A program made the translations under genes and the position numbers. Of a DNA stretch of 64,000 nucleotides, positions 1 through 11,649 are shown in pieces. The first letter of the stretch is position 1; each line of letters opens with the position of its first letter. The DNA is from Marsupella aquatica. Taxonomy: Eukaryota > Plantae > Marchantiophyta. The stretch covers positions 24,798,709 to 24,862,708 of the forward strand of contig OZ316894.1 in NCBI GenBank assembly GCA_973895155.1. Reading direction: 5' to 3'. A model generated the notes under the pieces. The model was given only the letters and a program-made list of their open reading frames with translations. It searched no databases and was not told the DNA's origin.

Positions 1-1278
1 AGATTAGTCATTCGACACCTGAGACTACTGAAGAGTTCTGGAAGATGTGTAGAGAATCAGGATTTAAGTGATGAATCTGTATAACAGAGTTCAGCATTAC
101 AAAGGGAGCAAAAGGCTCAACAATGGGAGCGAACGAGTCATGCTGCTGGTCAACCTATTCATCTTCTCACCAAAGGGTTTCCTTCAGATTTTACCAGAAC
201 CTTCTTTGCACATCCTTCTCAACCATTCGTTTCCAAGTATTCTACTCCTAAAGATGGTCGATGCTGGGACTACAACCCTGAGATTTGCCCAGATCTATCT
301 TATCTACTGTAGGGTCCCAATTTCTTTTGGGTAACCAGTCCTAAACATAGTGGAAATTGCGAGACTGAGGTAATCTCCTTGGCACCGTTGTCTCGCGAGT
401 GGCTGCACACTCAGGGGCAGGGAAATGTGGTCCAATTTCCATTGACAGAATGGCTATTCACGACACAACTGTCTGGCTGGGAGAACCTGTAACCGTAGTT
501 TAGACCACAGCTGAATGGAATGTTGGTCCAGTTATGTACTCACAGATTGCTTTTGAGGCTCCCTTGCTCCCTTTGCCTGGTGGCTTACGATGGCAATCAT
601 AATAATGGTGCGTCAGCAGATTTTGAGTTTGTATGTTGCTCGATTTAAAATAGATGATGCATAACCAAAATTGGAGTCATTGCAGACTATTTCAAGCAAA
701 AGAGTCTGATCTATTTGGCATCTATTTGGCAAGCCCAAGAAATGTTTTAGGAAGTTTTTTTCGGGTAAGTATTTACTGTTAAGATCAGTTGATTCCCTGC
801 TATCTTAGACCTATGCTTAAAGTCATGTTCATTTTGTGCAACGTCAGCAAAAAACTTCAAAACCAAAAAAAACTATCCCAAAACTGATTTAACCAGGTCT
901 GACTGCTGCCCCTTCTCTTATTAAAGTGGGATCAAATGAAACAATCCAGCTCAAATTGAAAACCTTTTCAGAAACAAAACTGTTAGAGAAACATTTTTCC
1001 AACTAAACTGATATGAAAAACGTTTTCAAAAACGAGTACAGAATAAGCATCACTCAGAATTTATGGAAATGTCTTATCATATATGTATTTAATGTTATTA
1101 TAATATATGTTGGGCTTTGTAAACTTCAATCAAGAAATGTGAACCGAATGGAAAGGCCAACTTTTTCTTTCTGTCATATTTGTTCGGAAGATGAAAATTA
1201 AGATGTGGGGTGCAAAAATGTTCAGGTGCCACAAGTACACAAGGATGTGATGAACTCATGGGTCAGCATATACTGAAC

Positions 1279-3432
1279 TTATCTGACGGGAGCAGCAGTA
1301 ACTTGATTCACCTGATTTAATTCATCTAACCAGGACTGAATTTTGCACCATGCTTCTGCACGTCTCCTGATCCTTCCGTTCTCTAGCCTGGTTCTTTTGG
1401 CTGCCCCATGCCAGCTTTGGAAAACATTCATCTGAAGTGTTCTGAGAAGTCTCCCACAGAAATGGAGGATTAACTTTTGCATTGCAACAAGCGTTCCGTT
1501 CCACCTTCTCTATTTTCTCTTGTTCACCTTGATCCAGTGCTAGAAAGTGTGAGTGTCTCAAGGAGGACAGAGATAAACAAGTGAGACAAATTAAGCATAT
1601 TTAACGAGGTGTGCAGAAACACAACAAGTCCTAAGTTTCTCCAGTTCTTCCAGTGCAACGTATTCTAGCAGCACGGGCTTCAGAACTTCGTAGAAATGAA
1701 GTTCTTAGATTTAAAGTCAGTCTCTCAGATTGCTGTTGATCAAGAGTTCCCTGATATCAGCTAAAGAGCAACAGAAATTCGCCTCTTGATCTCAAATCAC
1801 TGCAGTATTGAACAATGTTGCTTTTGGAGTGGTGAAAAGTATGCCATGCGGCATAGATTATAAGCTGCGAAACAGCTGTCCAATATTGAGAAACCTTATT
1901 AGCAAGTCTTAATGCTGACCTTTGGGCATGCCCGTCAGCAATCCTTTCAAGTGCCAACGCCTTCATCAAGTTTGTACCTCTGAGAACATTCACGTGTTGC
2001 ACCCAATCATCCCAAGCTTTCTTTAGGTCTGCTTTATATTTCGCTACACCAAAAGAGCAAGTCTGCAATACACCCATTGAGCATGCTGAACTCCACATCA
2101 CGTTACGACCCTCACCCCCAGAAATGATCCAATTGAGAAAATACTGCTGCACATGGCGATATGTGTGTGGGGGCTGGGGGGATGAAGTTTTGAAATCATT
2201 TTCCTACCAACCAATGAAGTTAGAGCAGTGTGATGCAGTTGTCAAGACGGTATCGCAACAAGTCGTATCACGACATATCAGATCTGAATCAATTGCATGT
2301 TCTTACTTCTTTCAGTGTGGAAAAGCAAAGTCCTAGCAAGGCTTGCTGGTATTGTTTCTCAGCCTTGTGTACCAGGAGCCAAGCTCTCCAGCAGATGCTC
2401 TGTTGCGACCTCTTTCTGAACAAGGCAGCACGCAGATGCAGGAGTTTCTTGTACGTCAAAGTTTCCCTCTCCTGGCTAGACATTAAACTTTTCCAGGCCA
2501 GGAGGGTCCTTCGCAAGAGAGAAATAGCTGAATGCAACAACGCACGCTCCTCGAGTAACCTGAGAGATGTGGCAACACGTGAATTGGGAGAAATATATAT
2601 CTTTCAAGTTATCGGCAAAATTTCCGTCTTCGACAGTACGCTTATGCCTTTGAGCGACAAGAAGACGGACATGAACAGGTAGCGTCTTCCATTGGCGATG
2701 AAATTTGTCAAGATGCTGGAATAGCATGTAGCAGGTAGAAGAATCCAATCAAGCTCTGGATGTCCAATTCACCTGCTTGACAACAGCACTTTCTTCCAGG
2801 GAATCCAGCCATAATGATGAAGGCGTCTCCTGGACGAGTGCAAATCGGATAGCTCCAGCTGTTGTGAATAGAGCTCCCTACGCTCCTGCTTTTCTCGTTC
2901 TCTCTGGCAGGAAGCCCACGTTGATAATCTCATGATGTAGACCATTCTTACAATTTAATTTTCCTTCCTTTCCCATACCAGAACAAACATGCCTTCACCT
3001 TGGCTTGCCCTGCATAGTGGCCGCCCTTGTTGCTTATTACAAAACGTGTCTGGTGTAGCGAATCATATGACATGTCTACTAGGGAATTCCTGGACAATTT
3101 CGTGGCTCCACGAGATTGCAGTCAATCTAGAGGACGGGACAGCCCTGCGAGACGTTCACAAGGCTTTTCTAGATCTGGCTGGGGGATGCAGGCTATCTCG
3201 AAATGAATGAAATGTTGCGTCAATTACAGATTGCAGACGACAATTTCACCTCTGCCAGCTCCGTGATGAATATCTCACCTTCAGCTTAACGACGCCCCAA
3301 GCTTTCCTTTCTTCGACGATTAAGCAGTTCCGGAGCCTTTCTCGCTGCATTTTCAGATCGTCCTTCGACTTGACGTTCTTATCTTGGAAAGCAGGTCCGT
3401 GCTGCGGACAAGGGAGCTCGGCTAATTGGTAC
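1279..3432 (-). CDS. Multi-exon Sfi1-repeat / CCDC191-like coiled-coil protein (probable centriole/basal-body protein); 5' exons unresolved
   Basis: Phase-compatible exons ~2906-2774 (REREKQERRELYSQQLELSDLHSSRRRLHHYGWIPWKKVLLSSR) and 2559-2307 (LLEERALLHSAISLLRRTLLAWK...CWRAW) have AG/GT boundaries. A-x-x-H...LL...W motifs typical of Sfi1 repeats recur. The last exon ends RRRAEAWCKIQSWLDEL... at stop 1279. Family assignment is from recall. Confidence 0.45.
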
Positions 3433-4324
3433 CTATGAGGACCGGATCTCCTCCAAGCATTGATACATTGTGAAACAAAATTGATCATCCTTGCCCAGCT
3501 TGAAATGTAGATAACTAGACGGAAACAGCCACAAGCTTGCACGAGACCATCGCATATGCGGACAACTAATTCGAAACGGATAAATGGGATGTAAGCACGT
3601 TTGTGGAGACAGGATACTACCCGTGATCTCGACAATTCGGAATTGAACCAAAAGGACCAATTCACCTTCGTTGTCATAAGTGGTGTTAGCACAAACCTCT
3701 GAGATAGAATGGACCAAAAAGTTAAACGAAAGCGACAATCCAGGGTGCAAGGAGATTTACAAGCGAGCTTTGGATATTCTCGTAGTGCAGTTTGATGGTC
3801 TGCCTGCATTGCACACGGAGTTCTTTCCGCTCTTCCATGGAAATAGAAGGAGTTGCTGCGGTCTCTTGATGCTGAGAATGTTCCTCCTGATTTGACGAGA
3901 CTCATAACCACGCTGCCAGTGCCTACTTTAGCGCAAAGTTTCCGAAAATGCATCACAACTCTTTTCCGAGAAGGACGCGCTGTTCGAAGATGCCCAACCA
4001 AATAGTGCCTTACGCATGAGGCTCAAGGAATAATTAGTGTCAATTCAACCTCCATAGAAGAAATTGAAAAGAAACCTGTGAAGATTACTAAGCCACGAGG
4101 ACGTATGAGCTAGACTGAGAGTAGTACCCTCCCCTTTGAGCATTCATCTCACTGAGAATTATGAATGTCTTAACTCTCCGTATCAACGACAAGTGATCAA
4201 GGCGATCACTACGAGGATAAGACAGTCGGGAGACGAAAGGGGAGGAACAATGGACAGTGCAGAAAGCCAGTAGGATCGGTTGCCTTGTAGAAACGGCAGT
4301 TAGGTTCTGTAGTTAAAAGGCGGA

Positions 4325-4338
4325 TTTAGGGTTTAGGG
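4325..4338 (-). promoter_or_regulatory. Telo-box (AAACCCTA-type) upstream of the Sfi1/CCDC191-like gene
   Basis: TTTAGGGTTTAGGG lies just upstream of the putative 5' UTR exons. Telo-boxes are common in plant promoters. Confidence 0.35.
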
Positions 4339-5090
4339 AACTAGTGACTTGTCTTTCATTCTGTAACAGCCACAAATCAGAGAAATAAATTCAAGAGCCC
4401 TCCAACAGCAATGGAACTCGCGCACAAACTACATGCCAAGAGTGAAGTTATTTAGGACAAGAGCTTCAGAAGATCCAAGCCAGCCTGTCACGGACACAAG
4501 ATATACCTCGATCGGCTCGGTTGTTGTCAAAATGAATAGTCAGAAGCCTTCAGCGGCATTATTTTCTGGTAAACAGACCTTTCTGCAAAGGCCCACAGAC
4601 CACTGAATACTATTCCCAACATGCTCCAAAACCGACGCGTCTCCAGACTGCAACAACCGTTGACCTTGAGAAGTAAAATATATAGACATTTCCTGACGGT
4701 TTGACAATGCTCCATTATTCTCATTTTCGAGAGGAGGAGATAACCACAGGATCTCACAGAAGCACGAGCTCAGGGTTTTCAAACTAATGGCGTTAAGGAC
4801 CAGTTTATGTCATCAAAAGAATCGAAAATCTGTTAATGATCGGTTCGACTATCCTGTACGTCTTTCTACCTAGAAAACCTGAGTTGAAACCATGAATTTT
4901 ACACCCGTTAAATCAGGTCCAGTTCGGGAGCCCCTTGCACCAGCCGGGCAGCAAATTGGAGACAACGAAATTCCTGGAAAAAATATAAAAAGGCCCATGG
5001 AGGCACGTCTTGCATGAGACTGCGAACAGGCCTTCACTCTCATATTTTCAGCCCCCGCAATCGGGTTTGCGCGAAATCGCATTCGGTATC

Positions 5091-6349
5091 CTATCGATAA
5101 TCGAAGTCTATTTCAATATCGGCGAATTTTCGCATTAGCTGCACGAGACACGTCGTGAATCTGGCGATCATCTGATAGTCGTCCCGCCCTATAGCTTCTG
5201 AGATCTGTGCGTGCACCACAAGCCGCTTCAAATTCGGGCACCTCTCCAAGATACCTCCAATGCGCTCAGCAAAATGCTCATTGATGACAGTAGAGCCAAG
5301 CTCCAACCAAACTACCCTTTCCAAAAGAGTTGAGCCCCACAGAGCGGTCTGAAGGAGCCCCTCGACTAGATTGTAGCTCAAGGCCAGACTCAGGAGCTTC
5401 GGGAATGAGACCGCAATTGTCTCCAGTTCCATCACCTCTTCGTCCCCGTTGATTGTGAGTCCCCAGAGCCGCAAGCTCCTCAGTTTTGTTGCTTTCGAGA
5501 TGACATCGTAGAACCTTTCCCACCCGATGTGAAGTCTTTGATATCGACAACCTCAAGCTGAGCAATAGACTTTGCAATGTCCAATTGACTCGTACTGACA
5601 TCATCTATTCTCAAGACACGCAAGCTCCCCTTGCACGAAAGCTCGAATTCCTCAAACCTGCAGTCTTTCAGAAAGAGGCTCTCCAATTTATCCGCTTCAA
5701 GAACGACCTGATCAATACCAAGTACCTCTACATAGAAAGCTCTCAAAGTGGGACTATAAAGCTCCATACTCGACTGTGAATCGGACAAGGTAATATCTGT
5801 GTGCTGAAGAGATAGAGACTCCAACTTTGGGCAGGCAGAAAGGAGAAGATTGAGATCCAATGCCGAAATGCTGACTCGTGAAAGGGTGAGAGATTGGAGG
5901 ACAGGGAACTTCGGGACGCTGGGTTCAAAAGAGGTTATAGCCGTGTATCCAACAACTAAGTGCTCAAGCCTCTGTTTTCCACAAGTTTCCAGAATGTTAA
6001 TACTCGTTTTAGTTTGAACCATGTAGTTCAAATAGCGGAGTGATTCTCTTGTGTACATGAGCCAGGCGATTACTGCAGCTGCAGAGAAATTCACTGTGTG
6101 TCCCAGGCAAATACTAAGATCATCCAGTGACCTCGTTTGAAAAATCGTGCGGGTGATGATTATTTCCAATTCCTCTGCGGAACGCTCTCGGTAGCCTGTC
6201 CAGTCAGCATTGCTAAAGGAGAGAGTGTGAAGATGACGCCTCACTGCCTCTCTCCACTTTCTGCAGGCCGCCGACGCCACAACCACATCCCGCGCAGCCC
6301 CAAGGTGAGATAAGATGGTGCCAATCACCTCCACAGGTAGCCCGTCCAT
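5091..6349 (-). CDS. F-box/LRR-repeat protein (At1g67190-like), intronless CDS with one 1-nt frameshift at ~5528
   Basis: N-terminal F-box MDGLPVEVIGTILSHLGAARDVVVASAACRKWRE is followed by LRRs (SISALDLNLLLSACPKLESL) and C-terminus RCPNLKRL...QLMRKF. Adding one base at 5528/5529 joins ORFs 5480-6349 and 5091-5474 (DFTIGWERFYDVISKATKLRSLRLWG) into 419 aa. Confidence 0.9.
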
Positions 6350-7945
6350 ATTGTGACACTGATGGCGTCCAAAATTGGCCCTTCGCGGATAAGAGTGGCC
6401 ACGGGAAATTCACCACTCGGAGAACTCAACACTGATTTTGAGAAAAGTGCTCGCACATACCAGTCGACGATTGCATCTGAAAAATACAGTGGTAATTCTG
6501 ATCAGCTCGAGATCACGTCAGCACGGGGAGGAAGGGTGTACGTCTATCCTGTTATTTTGTGACTTTGTATCTCTGAACCTAACAGGCAAGTTAGCAATTC
6601 GTCATACGACACAACGTCATGCTGCAATGGTCAACTTGTGCAGTCCTCTCAACGTCACTACTCGAGCTATCTAGAGAGTCTGACTTGCCACAAGATATTG
6701 GCACCACTCACGACAAACAATTCCATCGTCCAAAACACGGGGCCATCTATGCAACTATTTTTCTAGAGTGCTCGCATGTAGGTCGTTCCCGTCGCATTGA
6801 CGATGCCACAGAGGTACGAGCACATGAAAGCATTTCATTGAAGACTTCACGCATGAATAGATGCCAAATTACGAATAAACAAAGAGCAAGGCAGTCAATG
6901 ATGAAACAATGGCACATAACCAATGTCCTGCGCAAGTCTGGCCAACCTGACACAAACGTGTAAGGAGAACACCGAATTATTGCCCACGCAGCGGTCACGG
7001 AACACAATGCGGCTTTCAACGCTCGCTGCCTCCCAGCAATCCGTCTTGCTTTTTCTCTACGCTATGCTATCCTCTCATTCTTCACGCATGACCAAAACTC
7101 CAACAAATCTGAACACAATTTTTTCCAAAGATGCCCGCAGCAGCCACACACTCATTTAACCTGCCGATCTGCTGCTCTCCAACAAAAGCGCAGACGAAGG
7201 CCGGCAGCGGCAGCACTCCGTCGGTCAGACTCCAAAGCCGGCCTCCAGGGAATCATCACCGAAACGCAGATGCGGTAGAGACAGCGCAATCATCATGAGC
7301 AGGAGCCAACCAATCCTCCCGTCGCCGCACTCTCACGTACGTAGCCAAACCATCCGCAGTACGACCGGAAGCCACCCCACCAACCAGCAAGCGGAGCTGG
7401 CCTCGCGCATACTACACTACTTGACCGCCAGGTAGGGAGCTATAGACTATGGGCAGACGGATCGACCACAGCTCGTCGTCGTCCTCACAAATTCCAACCC
7501 GATAGTGGTAGTGATCCGCAGGCCGCAGGACTCCTCTCCCCGCAGCAGAACGCGATGCAGGACCAGCGACACAGCTGCTCGAGTCCCCTTTCTCCCGTGA
7601 AAAGCCAATTGCATAAACATGGAGAAAGGTCAAGAGCATTACACTGCAGCGCTCCTCCCTCCGCTCTGCTTCCGGCACAAAATTTGATACCGCGCGAGCG
7701 CTCCACAATCCGCCTTCCCCCGCAGAATCGCGATGGAGAACAGGCGACAGAGAGCTCTGCTGCCACTGCTGCTGCTCGTCCTCCTCCTCCTCGTCCTCCT
7801 CCTGTTTTCTGCGTCGGAATCGAGAGCACAGAAGAGGCAGGCGGATCTCCGCAATCATCCGAAAAGCGGAGGCGTCGAGTTGAATGCCGAGTTCGGTCTC
7901 GTTTCTCGTGTCGCCTTCTTTACTGCTTCCGTAGCAGAGTAGTAG

Positions 7946-8067
7946 TTCTGCTCTGTTCTGTTCTGCTCTGCTCTGCTCTGTTCTGCTCTGCTCTCCTCTC
8001 CTCTCCTCTGTTCTGCTCTGTTCTGCTCTGCTCTGCTCTCCTCTCCTCTGTTCTGCTCTGTTCTGCT
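7946..8067 (+). repeat. (CTCTG/TTCTG/CTCTC)n pentanucleotide microsatellite near the 5' end of the F-box gene
   Basis: About 24 directly visible 5-bp units. Confidence 0.9.
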
Positions 8068-8192
8068 AAACGTCCGCTTTCGGTCCAGTACTCACTACGG
8101 AACAGTTCAGCACTGTCGTCCGAAGCATCCTCCGGTCATTTCTCTGCTCGTCGTCATCGCTACAGTGTCGTAGATCCGTCCCTCCGAAAATG

Positions 8193-8445
8193 ATGCTCCC
8201 ATGGACCACAACGTTGGTTTTAGAAACCCCCATGGACCACATTTCGGCAAAATTCGAGTTTATTTGCAATAATTTGATGTTCATAAATTAAAATGATTTT
8301 TTTTTAGCTTTGCGGATGTGCTAGAGTAGTAGGTAAAGCTACACGTCCCCTAAAAGTGGCTGTGACTTTTTGGCCATTTTGGTTGAATTATTAATCATAG
8401 AATGGAATGTGGAGGGGTAAATTCTATTAGATTAATTTTCATTAC
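8193..8445 (+). repeat. Diverged inverted copy of 9960-10200 (non-autonomous repeat fragment)
   Basis: ATGCTCCCATGGACCACAAC...ATTAATTTTCATT aligns with the reverse complement of 9960-10200 over ~250 bp. Confidence 0.8.
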
Positions 8446-8660
8446 ATTAATATGAAATATTAGGGCTTGTGTTTTTTTGAGTCTCCTCCTTGTCTAGTAA
8501 TTGCCTTGCTAGTGAAAAACTCAAAATTATTTTAACTCATAATCATCAAATTATAAGCCCCAAACACCCATGGACCACCAGAGCATTGTATCCATCTGGG
8601 CTTCACTTTCGTTCGTGTCACTCCAGTTCACACAATAAATAAATAATGACTGTAATTTTG

Positions 8661-8865
8661 GACTTCCACTTTGTCTATGAATCCCAAATGGACTGGCAAT
8701 ACTTGGATGGAGTTGCTCAAAACTAAAGCCAAGCCCTGATGGACCTCCACTTTGTCTATGAAACCCAGATGGACTTGCTCAAAATTAAAGCCAAGCCCCG
8801 ATGGGCCTCCGCTTTGTCTATGAAGCCCAGATGGACGGCAAAGCTTGGATGGACTTGCTCAAAAC
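8661..8865 (+). repeat. Three tandem copies of a 62-81-bp unit
   Basis: GGAC(T/C)TCCACTTTGTCTATGAA..CCCA.ATGGAC...TTGCTCAAAA is repeated three times. Confidence 0.8.
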
Positions 8866-9625
8866 AATTAAACTGAATGATAACATTGTGCACACTTTTG
8901 AGTGAAATGTGACTTGTAAACGGTCTCCTTATCATTTGGAGCCGGTTTCAATTACATTACCGAACTGGTTTCCTCGATAACTTGACAACATTAAACCTGA
9001 AAGATGTCAAGACGTCATGCCATTACTTAGGATCATCATGACATTCTGACTTTTTTCTCCCCAAGTAGTCAAAGTCATGAGCTACGATCTGCAACCGGTT
9101 CCTTTCTCTTTTTGGTGTAAAAGCAATGATCACTTCACTCAATCCATGGGGATGGCAGGGACAATGTCTAAGTCCATCTGAGCTTTTATGTTGTAATTTT
9201 GAGTCTCCGTTAGGACATCTCAAACCAGCTCATTCCTGGGGGTTTCCCTTGACCAAAATGTTGCTGGCCGGGAAAAATATGTAATTCTCACTAAAGGTAA
9301 CTGTCAGTAACTCGGGCGGTCAGCACACCGCTCTCTGCACCAAAAGTTGCTTTGTGCAGTATGTGTCAGCGCCCTTCAAGAATCATTTGTGCCCTTCAAG
9401 GATTGCCAGCGACCATCCTAAAATTGTCGGCACCCAGCTGACTCGTGGGAGCGTGTTGAAACCCATTCCAAACCTGAAACCCTGTGGATTAAGTTGGCCC
9501 CAAAGTTGGATTTTGGTCCAGGTTGCACACATAGATTTATTAGAAGGGCTGACTGGAAAAAATGGGTGAGATCAAGTTTGAGACACCCTATCAATTATTA
9601 AGTTCAAAGAATATGAGTAAGGTAT

Positions 9626-10255
9626 ACATGCTACCTACACACTGGAGGTTTGGAAGTTATTAGGAGGCATTAAGAAATTTATGCTCCCATGTCATCATTT
9701 TAATAATCATTCATAATATATTGTACTCTTTTCTATGCACATCTCTCTTTCTATTTACATACGTTATGGTGTGGGCATAGAACCCATTTTTTAATGCAAA
9801 TACAAATCATGAGAAAATATGCATGAGTACCATTTGACATACATCATAATCATGAGTTTTCCATCCACATGATGAGCCATGGAGTTACAGTCTAGAGACT
9901 TCACTCTAGAAGCCTAGGCCACCACTCTAGCTTAGTTGGTGCTTTATAAGTAAGATTGACACAATGAAAATTAATCTAGTAGGATTTACCCCTTGGCATT
10001 CCAAGATGAATAACCCAACCAAAATGGCTAAAACTTAAGTCACTTTGATGGAAGTGCAGCTTATCTACTCCTCTAGCACAGACTCAAGACAGAAAAATAT
10101 TTGAATTTATGAACATCAAGTTATCATAATTAAACTCAAATTTTGGGAAATGTGGTCCATGTGAGTTTTCAAAGACCAATGTTGTGGTCCATGGGAGCAT
10201 AAATTTCTTAATGCCTCCTAATAAATCCCAAACCTCCAGTCTGTAGGTAGCATGT
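9626..10255. mobile_element. Foldback/MITE-like element with 66-bp inverted ends
   Basis: 9626-9691 versus the reverse complement of 10190-10255 is 63/66 identical. The interior is AT-rich and non-coding. No clear TSD. Confidence 0.6.
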
Positions 10256-11649
10256 GAAGTGGGGGGGGGGGGGGGGGCGCAAAGGTTTTGGCACATTCTA
10301 AGATAAACTGCGACTGAGTTGTAGTTGGCTCAATTGTCTCTTGGCTGTATCTCATGCAAAGAGTACCATACCCACAGGCTACCCCATCCTTGGCTAGCCG
10401 TGTGTGGAATGAGGTCCCGTTGCTGGACTTCATTTCTTGCACAATAATGTTTCTATGAAGTCTAGCAAGACAACAAATATGAAGAAAATAAATCTTGCAT
10501 AATAATATTTCTATGTTATTTAGTTAATTCTCATTTTAAGTGTTACACAATAATATTTCTATGCTATTTAATTAATATTTATTTTAAGTGTTTTTTAATT
10601 GAGATTCATGATCACTTTTGTCTGTACTATTGTCTAAACCCTAAACCCTTCACTCTAGACCCTAGGCCCTTAAGAATAGACTTGGTTCAGGCTTTATAGT
10701 AAGATTCAGTCAAAAAATAAAGTTGTTTAGCAAAGGACTCTAGTAGTATGATAAAGTTATTGAGAAAGGGATTTCTTTTACATAGGGCAACCGAAGGGAA
10801 AAACCCTCAATTCCTGTTTCTTGAATTTAAAGTAAATAAATCCTACCCACCACTAAATTGCCATCTTTCATACACCATGGATTGAACTGGAGACCCGTTA
10901 CAACAAAATCTGGTGCATTAACCTATCCCTCATAAAACATAGGCTGTTGGTGGCTTGTCAGAAAGTCCTGTGGGCCCGCAGGCAAGGGAATTGATATCTC
11001 ATCAAAGTCAACTTGAAGGACTTTCCTGATTTACATTTTGGTGAATGTTGGTCTGGATTTAATGAGGGATGTGGTCTGAGTCCTACGAATGTTAGGGGGA
11101 GAGTGCCAATGTGGAGGGAATAGTACTCTCACAAGAGGCCATTTGAAAGAATATTTAGGAATAATCAAGGGTAGAAAACACACCAAAAACACACCAAGAC
11201 TGAACGGGGCTGGTGGGGTGGGGGGATCAGAACTTCAATCTCAGTAAGGAAGAGAAAAAGCTGTCCCTCGGAGTGTGGTAGGGGGTGCCGTCAGTGAAAA
11301 TTGCACCCTTTCATCACAAGGTACCATATGAATATCAACAAACCCAAGACGCCTTACAAACTCCAAGCTCTAGAACATGCAACTTTCCTCATTTTGTGCA
11401 TGAAAAGAGAGAAACTCAAAATTCCATCCCAACTCCAGACATGAAGAGTACAGATCGTGCCGAGACATCTACAGAGCCTCTGAACATGAGCATTTTACAA
11501 TTGGCAATGGGGCATCGTCAGTCTTCCATGCTGAGGTGATATGATCAGAACCACCTATCACCGAAAGTAACCGCATCAGAACACACTAAATGACACCACG
11601 CCAATTCAGATGCACACAGGCTGAAGTCCTTATGGTGCTTAGTGCAGGT

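Noticed and set aside
7412-8193. Overlapping 114-212-aa ORFs
   Set aside because: They are explained by GC-rich 5' leader sequence and the CTCTG microsatellite; no domain.
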